Below are positions 1 to 8,814 of a stretch of 64,000 bases of DNA, one piece after another; positions within the stretch are counted from its first letter, which is position 1, and every line of letters begins with the position of its first letter. The translations under genes and the position numbers were made by a program. Under the pieces are notes generated by a model that searched no databases, was not told the origin of the DNA, and was given only the letters and a program-made list of their open reading frames with translations. This DNA is from an uncultured virus (IMG/VR IMGVR_UViG_3300003322_000453) (taxonomy: Duplodnaviria; Heunggongvirae; Uroviricota; Caudoviricetes): the IMG/VR virus record IMGVR_UViG_3300003322_000453. One strand, 5' to 3'.

Positions 1-284
1 AACACAAAAATAGGCGCTTGTACTTCTATAACCATCCCTGCGAATTCAAAAGGTGTAGCATGGTTATTATTAAACATGTATCTAAGAAGCTTCTCATCTT
101 GTTCCCAACCTCTAAAGCTGCCTTGAGTTGATTGGCGAGCAGCTTCTATAATCCCGCATTCATAATCCTCTATAATTCCTATTATGTCACCTACCTCCTT
201 TATCGTCAAACCAGCTAAACCATGTCCCCAACTCTCTATACGCTTCACATAACCGTGGTCTAAAACTTTAATCTCAGTTCCCAT
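1..284 (-). CDS. thyX: Flavin-dependent thymidylate synthase, 5' part (runs off window)
   Basis: Manual translation, not in ORF track: MGTEIKVLDHGYVKRIESWG...IIEAARQS...DEKLLRYMFNNNHATPFEFAGMVIEVQAPIFV. Matches the ThyX N-terminal motifs VLDHGxV, AARxS, LLRY..HxTPFE, APIFV. Confidence 0.9.
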   Translation of the reverse strand, partial: MGTEIKVLDHGYVKRIESWGHGLAGLTIKEVGDIIGIIEDYECGIIEAARQSTQGSFRGWEQDEKLLRYMFNNNHATPFEFAGMVIEVQAPIFV

Positions 285-585
285 TATTCTTATTCTCCTT
301 TTTGCTATCTTCTCCTCTAATAACCTCTAACTCAATAGCTCTATTAACTGCCGATAATGCTCCAACTAAATCTTCCAATTCAGTTCCTTTCCCTCTAATC
401 CCAGCACATAACAACTTCTTAATAGCATGTTGTCTAGCTGGACAAGTTACCCCAAAGGCTTCTAACACACTATAAACATCAATGCTAGTTTCTCTTCCTT
501 GGTCCGGCTTTAACTCTCTAATTGCTGATCGAATGGTTCTTATATACTTGGAGCCTTCATGTTCTTCTACACCTTTAATATTCAT
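274..585 (-). CDS. Conserved phage protein (DUF3310-like)
   Basis: DVYSVLEAFGVTCPARQHAIKKLLCAGIRGKG motif typical of a phage nucleotide-metabolism-linked family; likely start at ATG 585 abutting the upstream gene. Confidence 0.55.
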   Translation of the reverse strand: MNIKGVEEHEGSKYIRTIRSAIRELKPDQGRETSIDVYSVLEAFGVTCPARQHAIKKLLCAGIRGKGTELEDLVGALSAVNRAIELEVIRGEDSKKENKNNGN

Positions 586-586
586 G

Positions 587-889
587 CTAATTCTTCCTTT
601 CCCCAGCAACCTCAACATTCTCAAAACTCTCTTCCTCTTTCAACTCCCTCAACCTCTCCTTCCACTTCTCTATATCCTGCTCAAATCCTCTTATATCAAA
701 CCTCAACGCTTCTACCTGTAATCTCCTCTCCTCAATCTCAACCTCACACTTTCTTATACGAAGTTCCTGTTTCTTTATATAGACCTCGTTGAAGTCTATA
801 CATAGTTCTGCCTTTTGAATTTGCCGTTGTAGTTCGTTGATCTGCTCATCCCTAGTCGGCGGTTGTCCCATTAACATTAATTGAGCCAT
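587..889 (-). CDS. Coiled-coil hypothetical protein
   Basis: ORF in operon with heptad-like E/K/R/L pattern. Confidence 0.6.
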   Translation of the reverse strand: MAQLMLMGQPPTRDEQINELQRQIQKAELCIDFNEVYIKKQELRIRKCEVEIEERRLQVEALRFDIRGFEQDIEKWKERLRELKEEESFENVEVAGERKN

Positions 890-914
890 GTTCCTAATCC
901 TTTCTTTCTTTCTT

Positions 915-1436
915 CTAGTATTTTAAACTCTCCATAACAATCTGCTTAGGTAGAAAGTTCCAACAATAATAACTACTGCTAAATGTTATCTTATCATTTC
1001 TCCTTCCATCTTTATTAATAAACCTAATCCTCTTATCAAACATCAGTAATTGTAAAGCCTTCTCCATGAAAAGCTGCTTAGGTGCTGCATCGTTTAACCA
1101 TGTATTACTCATTAATAAAGCAAAAGGTTTATTAAAGCTTAACGCCCTTTCAAAGATTCTTCTCTTATTACTAAACGGTGGATTACTTATAATCATATCC
1201 CAATCTTGTGATGGATTTGTCCTATAGAAATCCTGTCCTAATGAAATATGAGAATACAATACAGAACCTTGCTGTTTGGTTATTTGTTTAACAAATTCGC
1301 TCTCTAAAGTATCAAAAGGACACCATACCTTAGCGCCTTTTGGAATATATTTTAGTATTGGTTCAACTGCATAAGCAGGAGTGATACATTCATCATTTGA
1401 ACCACTAGAATATAGAACTGATTGACTGTTTATCAT
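915..1436 (-). CDS. DNA N6-adenine methyltransferase (phage orphan type)
   Basis: TP..AVEPILKY, VWCPFD, GQDF and catalytic IISNPPFS motif. Confidence 0.8.
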   Translation of the reverse strand: MINSQSVLYSSGSNDECITPAYAVEPILKYIPKGAKVWCPFDTLESEFVKQITKQQGSVLYSHISLGQDFYRTNPSQDWDMIISNPPFSNKRRIFERALSFNKPFALLMSNTWLNDAAPKQLFMEKALQLLMFDKRIRFINKDGRRNDKITFSSSYYCWNFLPKQIVMESLKY

Positions 1437-1442
1437 GATATT

Positions 1443-2759
1443 TTAGTTGTTACTATTCAACCTGTTATAAAAACTCATAACCTTAACATCAGCACTACAC
1501 CTTTTCACCAACAACTGTTCTTTTGGTGCTATAATCCTTAACCCTTCCACAGTCCTTGCTCTACTAAGTGCGACGTATAGCATTTGATCTAGACCAAAGA
1601 AATTATTTCTTATATCAATTTGTACATTATCCAAAGTCAACCCTTGGCTTTTATGCACCGTCGTAGCATACGCTAGTCTAATAGGGTGATAACAAACCTC
1701 TCCAAGAACCCACCTGTTAGTGTTAGTATTCCTCCAAGCTTCATACCCCTTACTCGCTAACGCAGCTTCCATCAGCATATCAGGTTTATGTTTACTTTCA
1801 TTATATCTACTAAGCCTTGGAACTTCTACTAACTTCTTATTCCTTTTTAACTCTACTAGAAAAACATCATCCTCGAACTTTCTAACCCAGCCGCAATCCC
1901 CATTGACATATTCAAATCCTATAGTTTTATTATTATCATCCTTAATCGGCTTGTTGTTAAGAATCATCACTAACGCGCCTAGCTTAACTTCCAATGTGTT
2001 AGGTATTTTTTCCCACTCCCCTAATGTTAAGCCCGAGGTTTCCTTAATACTAAAAACTTTCCTACCTGGTAGTTTTAACATCTTTAAATTATTATAATCC
2101 TTAACCTGCTGATTCTTAGCAAAGATCGTTGTTCCTTCATAGTTGGTGTCAATATCGCTATAAAATTGAACCCCTAATGTTTTGAGTTTATCTAACAAAA
2201 GAGAACCCTTCCCATACCGTGCTGCTTCTAATGCTTCAACAAACGGTATAGAATCCTGTCGCCAGATTTTAGTGAGCATTTCTATGTTGTTGTTAAAAAA
2301 AGACCAACTCTCAGCCATAAACGCAGGACTTCCCTCAACTGGCTGAAGTTGTGCGAAATCTCCCACCAATATAAGCCCTAACTCTCTAGCATCTTTCTTA
2401 AAAAACTCTGCTACATCTTCATCTTCATTGGAATCTTCATTTATATCTACTATAGTCATAGCTATAATATCTAACTGTTCTGCATTTAGCATTGAGGCTT
2501 CATCTATAATAATATTATCATAATCGTTTCTAATTCTCCTTAACTTGCTTCTAAGCTTTCCTGATACCAGCGAATCTCTAAGACTTTGAGTGTCGAAGTA
2601 TCCTAATAGACTGTTGATGGTGGTTATACCGTCACCTAAGTTGATAGCCGCAATTCCAGTTGAGGCTGCTAGGATACCAAAGTTAGGATTACTAGAAATT
2701 TGTTGTCTAATAGACCATGTTTTACCTGTTCCGGCCTTACCAGTCAAAAACTTAAACAT
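1443..2759 (-). CDS. Pif1/RecD-like SF1B helicase
   Basis: GKAGTGKT, ASTGIAA, IIDEASM, GDFAQLQPV, LAYATTVHKSQGLTLD, YVALSRAR. Confidence 0.92.
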   Translation of the reverse strand: MFKFLTGKAGTGKTWSIRQQISSNPNFGILAASTGIAAINLGDGITTINSLLGYFDTQSLRDSLVSGKLRSKLRRIRNDYDNIIIDEASMLNAEQLDIIAMTIVDINEDSNEDEDVAEFFKKDARELGLILVGDFAQLQPVEGSPAFMAESWSFFNNNIEMLTKIWRQDSIPFVEALEAARYGKGSLLLDKLKTLGVQFYSDIDTNYEGTTIFAKNQQVKDYNNLKMLKLPGRKVFSIKETSGLTLGEWEKIPNTLEVKLGALVMILNNKPIKDDNNKTIGFEYVNGDCGWVRKFEDDVFLVELKRNKKLVEVPRLSRYNESKHKPDMLMEAALASKGYEAWRNTNTNRWVLGEVCYHPIRLAYATTVHKSQGLTLDNVQIDIRNNFFGLDQMLYVALSRARTVEGLRIIAPKEQLLVKRCSADVKVMSFYNRLNSNN

Positions 2760-2943
2760 TTTCCTTCTCCTTTTTAATCGGTGGATATATCTTAATCGCT
2801 TCACTAATAGGCATATACCCTTTTGATATAGGTATATACCCTTTTGATATAGGTATATAACCCTCCGTACCTATTATAGCCCTATCAACCCTCTCCCTAT
2901 CAACCCTATCATCTGCCTTTTCTAGCTCCTTTTCACTAAACAT
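2752..2943 (-). CDS. Hypothetical protein with 7-aa tandem repeat
   Basis: GYIPISK-GYIPISK-GYMPISE. Confidence 0.55.
   Translation of the reverse strand: MFSEKELEKADDRVDRERVDRAIIGTEGYIPISKGYIPISKGYMPISEAIKIYPPIKKEKENV
2807..2863. repeat. 21-bp tandem repeat (about 2.7 copies)
   Basis: ataggYatatacccttttgat repeated in frame. Confidence 0.85.
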
Positions 2944-3190
2944 CTTCTTTAATCTCCTTTTCTATGCACATAAATAATTCCCTTAACAATCCTATATAGT
3001 CCTTATGCCGCATCCAACCCGGCACAAATACCACCTCATCTTTAGTTCTATCTATAGTCCTTCCTCTAAGTTGCTCTATAGTATAAACCGGAACAAATAT
3101 ACTTCTATTATATGTTCCTGTGCTTGTATTGGCTACTTTTTCTATGAAATTTAAAAAGGACTCTCTAGAACTACAAACCACATAGATCAT
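2936..3190 (-). CDS. Hypothetical protein
   Basis: Overlapping operon ORF; QLRG...FVPGW motif. Confidence 0.6.
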   Translation of the reverse strand: MIYVVCSSRESFLNFIEKVANTSTGTYNRSIFVPVYTIEQLRGRTIDRTKDEVVFVPGWMRHKDYIGLLRELFMCIEKEIKEDV

Positions 3191-3477
3191 TGTTTTTCTC
3201 CAATATCCTCTTTGTTTATTATTTCTCCATGTTTAATAATCCCCTCTAACACCTTAATCGCATCTTGTCTTTCTAATTTCTCCAACCCAGCGGGAGCATA
3301 TACAAACATAACCTGTGGGAATTTATGTTCTCTTTGTAAAGCTCGCAATGAAGGTAGTAAACTTTGCGCTGTATCCATATCCTTAATAACAACAATGTCC
3401 CCATCCTTTAGTTCCAAAACCTCCATTACATTCTTAATATTCTCTTTATGAATCTTATTTATAATCTTATTGCTCAT
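3187..3477 (-). CDS. Hypothetical protein
   Basis: Operon ORF with start/stop overlaps. Confidence 0.6.
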   Translation of the reverse strand: MSNKIINKIHKENIKNVMEVLELKDGDIVVIKDMDTAQSLLPSLRALQREHKFPQVMFVYAPAGLEKLERQDAIKVLEGIIKHGEIINKEDIGEKQ

Positions 3478-3659
3478 TATCTAATCCTCCTCTGTTCAGG
3501 CCTTTTAATAAAATATCTTCCCATCTTAACTCTCCTAGTTTCCTTAGCACATTCATTACACTCTCCACTCCACATATCTAGATTCTGATTGGATTTCATA
3601 TATTCCCGTTGGCAGGTCTTGCATTTTACTAAGACCTTAGTAGCAGGTATTACTAGCAT
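3477..3659 (-). CDS. Small Zn-ribbon protein
   Basis: CxxC...CxxC. Confidence 0.55.
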   Translation of the reverse strand: MLVIPATKVLVKCKTCQREYMKSNQNLDMWSGECNECAKETRRVKMGRYFIKRPEQRRIR

Positions 3660-3925
3660 CCCCCTTTACACCGTCTAATACATAGACAATGTATGCTAAT
3701 AAATATAATGAAAGGTGTGAAAAATTGGGTTACACCCCTGTTGAATTAGGGACATAACCCTTAGATTGCCGTTCTCTGACGTAAAGGAGAAAAAGGAACC
3801 TTTTCTCTGGTATTAAGAGAGAAAAGGTCTATCATCTTGTGTTGAATCAGGATGATAGCAGATTATGAAAAGAGATGAACATTATAATAGCAGTGGCAGT
3901 TGTAAACCTGTTAGTTCAGGACTTT
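3660..3925 (+). ncRNA. Putative multi-hairpin structured RNA, antisense to gene flow
   Basis: ORF-free gap with several stems whose wobble pairs are G-U on the + strand; two loops contain GUUGAAU. Confidence 0.5.
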
Positions 3926-3985
3926 TAGGTAGATGCCATCATACATCCATCAAGAAAGCCAAACCTGCCACTCCTCTTAAAGAAC

Positions 3986-4288
3986 CTAAACCGTAACCGC
4001 TTCGGCAGCCTGAACCTCGTTAGTGGCTTCACTAGCATTTTCGCTAGTGTTACCCTCAACCGCCTCAACATCACCCTCTGCCGTTTTAGCCTTCCTAGCA
4101 CGGCTCCAAGTTTTCTTTCTATACTGAGCTTCAAACTCTACCGCTTTAACCCCTTTCACCGTACCATTCGTGGGGTCTTGTAACAGATAATCCCCGGCGT
4201 TATATTGTACACCTTCAAGCATGAAAGGCTTTTCAACCTTAGCTGCTTCAACCGTGTTAGGACTGATTTCCTCATAAGTTGTAAACAT
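3986..4288 (-). CDS. PGDYG-like small beta protein with acidic tail
   Basis: VEA...EG...AGDYLL...G.VK.V...FEAQY pattern; own promoter and GGAGG RBS. Confidence 0.5.
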   Translation of the reverse strand: MFTTYEEISPNTVEAAKVEKPFMLEGVQYNAGDYLLQDPTNGTVKGVKAVEFEAQYRKKTWSRARKAKTAEGDVEAVEGNTSENASEATNEVQAAEAVTV

Positions 4289-4418
4289 TTTCTTATCCTC
4301 CGTTTCCTTTTTTCTAGAAGTTTCCTTCTTTTAAAACCTTCGCTTGGTTTATAAAGCGATTTGGTTAAGAGTTATTATCAATAGCTATCCGCTTTGGATA
4401 GCTTGTTTCAACATCCAC

Positions 4419-4447
4419 ATCTTGCCACAATCGCAAGTGGAAGTCAA
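4419..4447 (-). promoter_or_regulatory. sigma70-like promoter
   Basis: TTGACT-17-CAAGAT with TG at the extended -10 position. Confidence 0.5.
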
Positions 4448-4471
4448 CAACTTTTTTGTCTACCCGCCGCA

Positions 4472-4765
4472 CTATTTTTCCACACCTCTCGTTCCCTCCT
4501 CAGTGCCGTACACCACTCTATAGGCTCTATCATCCACCATGTTCATTCTGCCAGAAAATCTCTCTACCAATTCTCGCTGGTGTTCATTGTTGAGGGAAAC
4601 CTTTCTCACATATTGTAACCCCGTTACAATCTTCCCCGTTCCTGTGTGAAGTTCACACTCAGGCTCAAACTTTCCATCATAGGTTAGAACAATAACCCCA
4701 TAGACTTCCGGTTGGACGAGCATTTTTACTAAATCGCCTTGTTTGAATTGTTTGAATAGATTCAT
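4472..4765 (-). CDS. Hypothetical protein (SH3-like N-terminus)
   Basis: FKQGDLVKM...YGVIV; likely start ATG 4765. Confidence 0.5.
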   Translation of the reverse strand: MNLFKQFKQGDLVKMLVQPEVYGVIVLTYDGKFEPECELHTGTGKIVTGLQYVRKVSLNNEHQRELVERFSGRMNMVDDRAYRVVYGTEEGTRGVEK

Positions 4766-4873
4766 TTTATATCCCTTTTTAGTATATAGAAGATAGAAAC
4801 CCACAAGTTATTAAGCTACGAAAGCCGCTAACAATCATACCCTAATGCTCATGGGTTTCTATTCTCATAAAGA

Positions 4874-4999
4874 TCAAGAAGAAAGCCTAGCCTCAATCTC
4901 TGCTTGGATTTCTTCCAACACTGCTAGATAGTCATTTTCATGTAGCTCGTTCTCAGCCTCATCAAGCTTCGTCTTTATATCATCAACATACTGCAACAT
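4874..4999 (-). CDS. Small acidic protein (41 aa)
   Basis: Manual: MLQYVDDIKTKLDEAENELHENDYLAVLEEIQAEIEARLSS, AGGAGG RBS. Confidence 0.6.
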   Translation of the reverse strand: MLQYVDDIKTKLDEAENELHENDYLAVLEEIQAEIEARLSS

Positions 5000-5032
5000 T
5001 TCTTCCCTCCTTTCATTTTTTGTAGATAGCTT

Positions 5033-5665
5033 CTAAACCGGCAGAATCTTCTTCACATTCGCCCTAGCGTTCACATCACTCCCACATTCAGGACACTCTG
5101 CTACTTGTAAATTCCCTACTTGTTCACCACTCTCATCCACTTTAGGGGGCCAGTTCTTCTGTCCCTGCAATTTAGGAACCTCCTTCTCACAGCTAGTACA
5201 ATACCCTGTCCATAACAATCTAGCAGGAACTTTAGGCTCTGCCTCTAGCAATGCGCTAATACAGGCTATCTGATCCAGTGGACTTGCCTTAGCTGGCATG
5301 GGGCTTCCTAATACCCTAGCTAAGTTAGCCGCGCTACTGGTGCCACTAAACGGCATCGTGCTAACGTTCCCGAATGGAAATTGCACAAATGCATTGTCAA
5401 AAGGTTGCCCCTCTGCAACTACTTGGGTCTTTACATTAAGGGCTAGGTATTTATTACCCTTACTTGTAACTTTAGCATAGGGTTTCTTTTGTCCTTGCTT
5501 GTTCTCCCCAATACTAAGCTTGAGGATATAATCTATGGCATTTCCATTAGCATCAATCTCAGGCGGAATAACCCTAACGTCAATATCCTGATTTGGGTCA
5601 ATCTCTGATGGTTGTTGGAACTCAGGATCGTCAAGGTCTATCATGGTTTCTTCACTTGTACTCAT
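5033..5665 (-). CDS. Putative ssDNA-binding protein (DUF669-like OB fold) with Zn ribbon
   Basis: Downstream of the Sak4-like ATPase; acidic N-terminus, KGNKYLALNVK, CxxC..CxxC. Confidence 0.5.
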   Translation of the reverse strand: MSTSEETMIDLDDPEFQQPSEIDPNQDIDVRVIPPEIDANGNAIDYILKLSIGENKQGQKKPYAKVTSKGNKYLALNVKTQVVAEGQPFDNAFVQFPFGNVSTMPFSGTSSAANLARVLGSPMPAKASPLDQIACISALLEAEPKVPARLLWTGYCTSCEKEVPKLQGQKNWPPKVDESGEQVGNLQVAECPECGSDVNARANVKKILPV

Positions 5666-5729
5666 GTTTCTTTCCTCACTTTTCTTTTAGGTTTTCAAGG
5701 TTATTGGTTAGACTGCTTTGGTTTAACTG

Positions 5730-6098
5730 CTATGGCTTAGGAACCTCACTAGAGCTTGTCTTTGGTAGAAGTTCCAACAACTCAGCGGGAACTTCCACAT
5801 CAAAAAGTTTATACAATCTCATCACAGCATTAACGAGAATGGAATCCCTAACTTGCTTGTTGTGATTCTTTTGAATCTTGATCCCTAAGTCTTTAAATGC
5901 TGTAGATATAGAACTAACACTAATAGGAAAGCCTAGTTTATCGCTTATAGAAGCCGCTAGTTGAACGTAGGTATATTGTCCCTTTTCATATACTTCTCTG
6001 TTATCTTCTATATATTTCATCAACTTCCAGCGATTACCAGTTGTTAGTTTAACAGGCTTTGCCCTATTGGATTTGTATTGACGTTTTGGTTGTGACAT
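5730..6098 (-). CDS. HTH-like DNA-binding protein
   Basis: TYVQLAASISDKLGFPISVSSISTAFKDLGI resembles a helix-turn-helix. Confidence 0.5.
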   Translation of the reverse strand: MSQPKRQYKSNRAKPVKLTTGNRWKLMKYIEDNREVYEKGQYTYVQLAASISDKLGFPISVSSISTAFKDLGIKIQKNHNKQVRDSILVNAVMRLYKLFDVEVPAELLELLPKTSSSEVPKP

Positions 6099-6140
6099 AG
6101 TATCCTCACTTTATGGATAGAAGGTTTATGGATTGCCCTT

Positions 6141-6278
6141 TTAGAAAACTCTAGTTTGGGCGGTTTTTAGTGCTTTGTTGATTTTAGGACATAGAGATTG
6201 AATATGAGCGGCCATATCTTTATATGGTATCGCTTTGTTACATAATGCACACACAGAGAATTTTCTTTTATTTTTCAT
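6141..6278 (-). CDS. Small C2HC zinc-finger protein (45 aa)
   Basis: Manual: MKNKRKFSVCALCNKAIPYKDMAAHIQSLCPK..., GGAGG RBS. Confidence 0.55.
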   Translation of the reverse strand: MKNKRKFSVCALCNKAIPYKDMAAHIQSLCPKINKALKTAQTRVF

Positions 6279-6318
6279 ATTAGCCCTCCAAAATCTTTTT
6301 TTTCCTTCTAAGCTTCCC

Positions 6319-7434
6319 CTATTTAATCGGTGGTTTAGTTGCCAATCCCGTTGTTTCCTTACTTTCTAATTTCCCTGTCTCTCCTAATATCTCCTGTTTC
6401 CATCTCTCTAACTCCTCAACCCCTTTACCCATTAACTTCTCCTCTATCTCCAAATAATAATCCAACCCCGTACCCGGTTTGGTGGATGGGATAAAGTAAC
6501 CTCCCGGAAACAACTTCATAAGCTCTGGTATCTGTTCCACATCCAACCTAGGCTTCGCAGGCCATACCATCTTACTGTTCTCTCTATCAGGATGGCTTAT
6601 GAAGTAATACCTAATTTCCCTTGATTCATGATCTTTAGGTTTCTGTCCCGGCCCTCCACTCCCAACTGAAACTTGTTTTATATCCCCTACGTTCTCAGCG
6701 TGTATAAGTGCCCCTACCTTGCGACCAATCTTAGGAGTCCCCTTTTTCCCTGCAAGGGCTGGGCCTCTAACAATATTTCTACTAATAGCATCTTCCGCTT
6801 GTGCTTGATGTGCTGTCCACAACACCACTTCTACAGGAAGATCATAGGTTTTTTCCATTAACAACGGAACTATATTCTGTATAAAACCATAGTGACTCTG
6901 AGCGGCTACGCCTATGATTTCTTTAGAAAGCGGAATCCCTTTTTCATCCACTAACTTTTCGTTCGTTAAGGAAGTACGGTCAAATTTATCTCCACTTCCT
7001 ATAGCTTCGTTTCCCAAGGAGTCAAGTTCAAGCTTATATGCGCTGTCTTGTCCAAGCTTCTTCCCACTAAGATGGGCCATGAATAGATCACTCAAACTTG
7101 TTAGACCCTCCCAAGCATAGCCGCTTATGTTAGATAAGTCTTTTGTCATCTTACTAGAAGCCCTAATTCCGTTCTTATCTATCTCCAAAGGCCAGTAACC
7201 TTCTACCAGTTTGTGCATTAGAAAAACTGGAGATTTCTCGTTCCTTATGGAAAGAGCCTGTATGATACCTACGTCTATATATTTCTGTATGGACTTCCAC
7301 CCTCCACCTGTGTCGGCGCTTATTAGACGTAGAGGTTTTTTGGTTTTGGCAAAAAGCATCCTAGCAAGGAAGCCAACGCTCGTAGTTTTCCCCGTGTCAG
7401 TTTCTCCATATAAAACAATCGTTGTCGCTGCCAT
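6319..7434 (-). CDS. Sak4/AAA_24-like ATPase (ssDNA annealing/recombination)
   Basis: IVLYGETDTGKTT Walker A, ISADTGGG, WTAH...GPALAGK; lies between the nuclease and SSB-like genes. Confidence 0.75.
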   Translation of the reverse strand: MAATTIVLYGETDTGKTTSVGFLARMLFAKTKKPLRLISADTGGGWKSIQKYIDVGIIQALSIRNEKSPVFLMHKLVEGYWPLEIDKNGIRASSKMTKDLSNISGYAWEGLTSLSDLFMAHLSGKKLGQDSAYKLELDSLGNEAIGSGDKFDRTSLTNEKLVDEKGIPLSKEIIGVAAQSHYGFIQNIVPLLMEKTYDLPVEVVLWTAHQAQAEDAISRNIVRGPALAGKKGTPKIGRKVGALIHAENVGDIKQVSVGSGGPGQKPKDHESREIRYYFISHPDRENSKMVWPAKPRLDVEQIPELMKLFPGGYFIPSTKPGTGLDYYLEIEEKLMGKGVEELERWKQEILGETGKLESKETTGLATKPPIK

Positions 7435-7729
7435 TTTCTCCCCTTCCCTTCTCTTTATCTGCCTTTGACTAAATTATAAGAACCACTATTATATTCACTA
7501 CTATTATATATCTATAAAGGAAAGTCTAAAGGTGATTCCACTACCTTATAATAAATTTTTGTATTATTATATGGTTAAATTGTGGCATTCTCTCTAGACT
7601 TTCCTTTTGTACCTAAGATATAGTCCTAGTCATTAAGCCTCTAGGTAGGCTATTATATTTATTCATTTATAAACAATAACGGCGGTGATTTGTTCCTTGT
7701 CATTTTCTAAATCTCCTACAATAATACAT

Positions 7730-7972
7730 CTAGTAACTGCTATCGCTAGAATTTAACACATCATTTAAATCGTTTTCTACATCTTTCAAACTATAATCTA
7801 ATTTATCAACAGGATAAAGCATCATAACTCCATTAGAATGTAGCGGCAATGCTTCTAAAGTCATTATAATTCTCCCTCCCGTAATCCCCATAGCTATTCC
7901 TACATCAATCCAATGATTCTTAACGCCTTCACGTTGTATTTTGGCTTTTATTTTATAAACTTGATTACTCAT
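7730..7972 (-). CDS. Conserved small phage protein
   Basis: WIDVGIAM...IMTLEALP..G motif; start ATG 7972. Confidence 0.55.
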   Translation of the reverse strand: MSNQVYKIKAKIQREGVKNHWIDVGIAMGITGGRIIMTLEALPLHSNGVMMLYPVDKLDYSLKDVENDLNDVLNSSDSSY

Positions 7973-8161
7973 CTTATAACCTTTCTCTCTCTCTCTCTCC
8001 AAAAGTTCTCTCCTCTTCTAGCTATAGGCAGATTCCAACGGATTATTATCATCAACTTAGTAGGGAATGATAATCCTTACTAGAAGAGGAGAGAAAGTCA
8101 ACTTATAATCCCTTTTTGATCTTTTCACCAGCAACATATAGGTTTACAGCTTTTATATCCT

Positions 8162-8201
8162 AACTATTAGCTACAAAACTAAACTATTAGCTACAAAACT
8201 A
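8162..8201. repeat. Exact 20-bp tandem duplication
   Basis: aactattagctacaaaacta x2, overlapping the stop codon of 8199..8747. Confidence 0.9.
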
Positions 8202-8747
8202 AGAAACCTTCTCAACCAAAACCACCCACTCCGTAACCATAGCTCCAACCGGCCAGCTATTCCTAGTCTGTCTCTCTTGCACCAGATGAAGAACCTTTCT
8301 ATAGTTCATTTTCTTCACCTTAGCATCGTTTTTTGGAAGCAAGGAATCTAGTTCACTAATGGAAGGTCTAGTAGCCGCTGGGGTTTTAAGCGGTCCACAG
8401 GCTACTTTCCATATCTCTGTAGTTCCATCATTGTTTCCATTCCAGTTAGAGGCTTGTTTAAAGGTTTCAAACACACAAATCCCATAACCCGCGTTATACA
8501 TCTCTTCGCTTACGGAGGTCTTCTGATGTTCTTGATAGGTTTTATGGAGTTTAGAACCTAACGGGACTGAACCGCTATGTAACAGGCCGTTGCCCATACG
8601 CTTTACAACTTTGAAAGCGTAGAGTTGGCCTTCAGGAAATATCAACTCTGTCTTAGAAACTCTCCTGCGAAGGTTAGCGACTTTTCTAGACTTCTTTTCT
8701 TTAACAACGGTTTGTCCTTTGGTGAATGTTTCGACATTGTTTGACAT
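8199..8747 (-). CDS. Hypothetical protein, possibly ADP-ribosyltransferase-like fold
   Basis: YAFKVV...LHS...Y...GICVF..F..A..W pattern. Confidence 0.45.
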   Translation of the reverse strand: MSNNVETFTKGQTVVKEKKSRKVANLRRRVSKTELIFPEGQLYAFKVVKRMGNGLLHSGSVPLGSKLHKTYQEHQKTSVSEEMYNAGYGICVFETFKQASNWNGNNDGTTEIWKVACGPLKTPAATRPSISELDSLLPKNDAKVKKMNYRKVLHLVQERQTRNSWPVGAMVTEWVVLVEKVS

Positions 8748-8814
8748 GGCTTTGACTCCTTTACTATTAGGTTGTAGGTTTAGAGGCTTTTTGTATCCTC
8801 AGATTTAGAGTGAT

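Noticed and set aside
2807..2863. Tandem repeats as a possible mini-CRISPR array (also 8162-8201 and 11521-11730)
   Set aside because: No unique spacers of regular length; the Cas4-like gene fits a recombination module
7659..7703. 14-codon ORF MTRNKSPPLLFINE with AGGAG RBS upstream of a hairpin (leader peptide?)
   Set aside because: Too short to support without conservation or ribosome data
7984..7999. (CT)n microsatellite as a phase-variation tract
   Set aside because: Lies upstream of the probable start codon (7972), so no frameshift effect is evident
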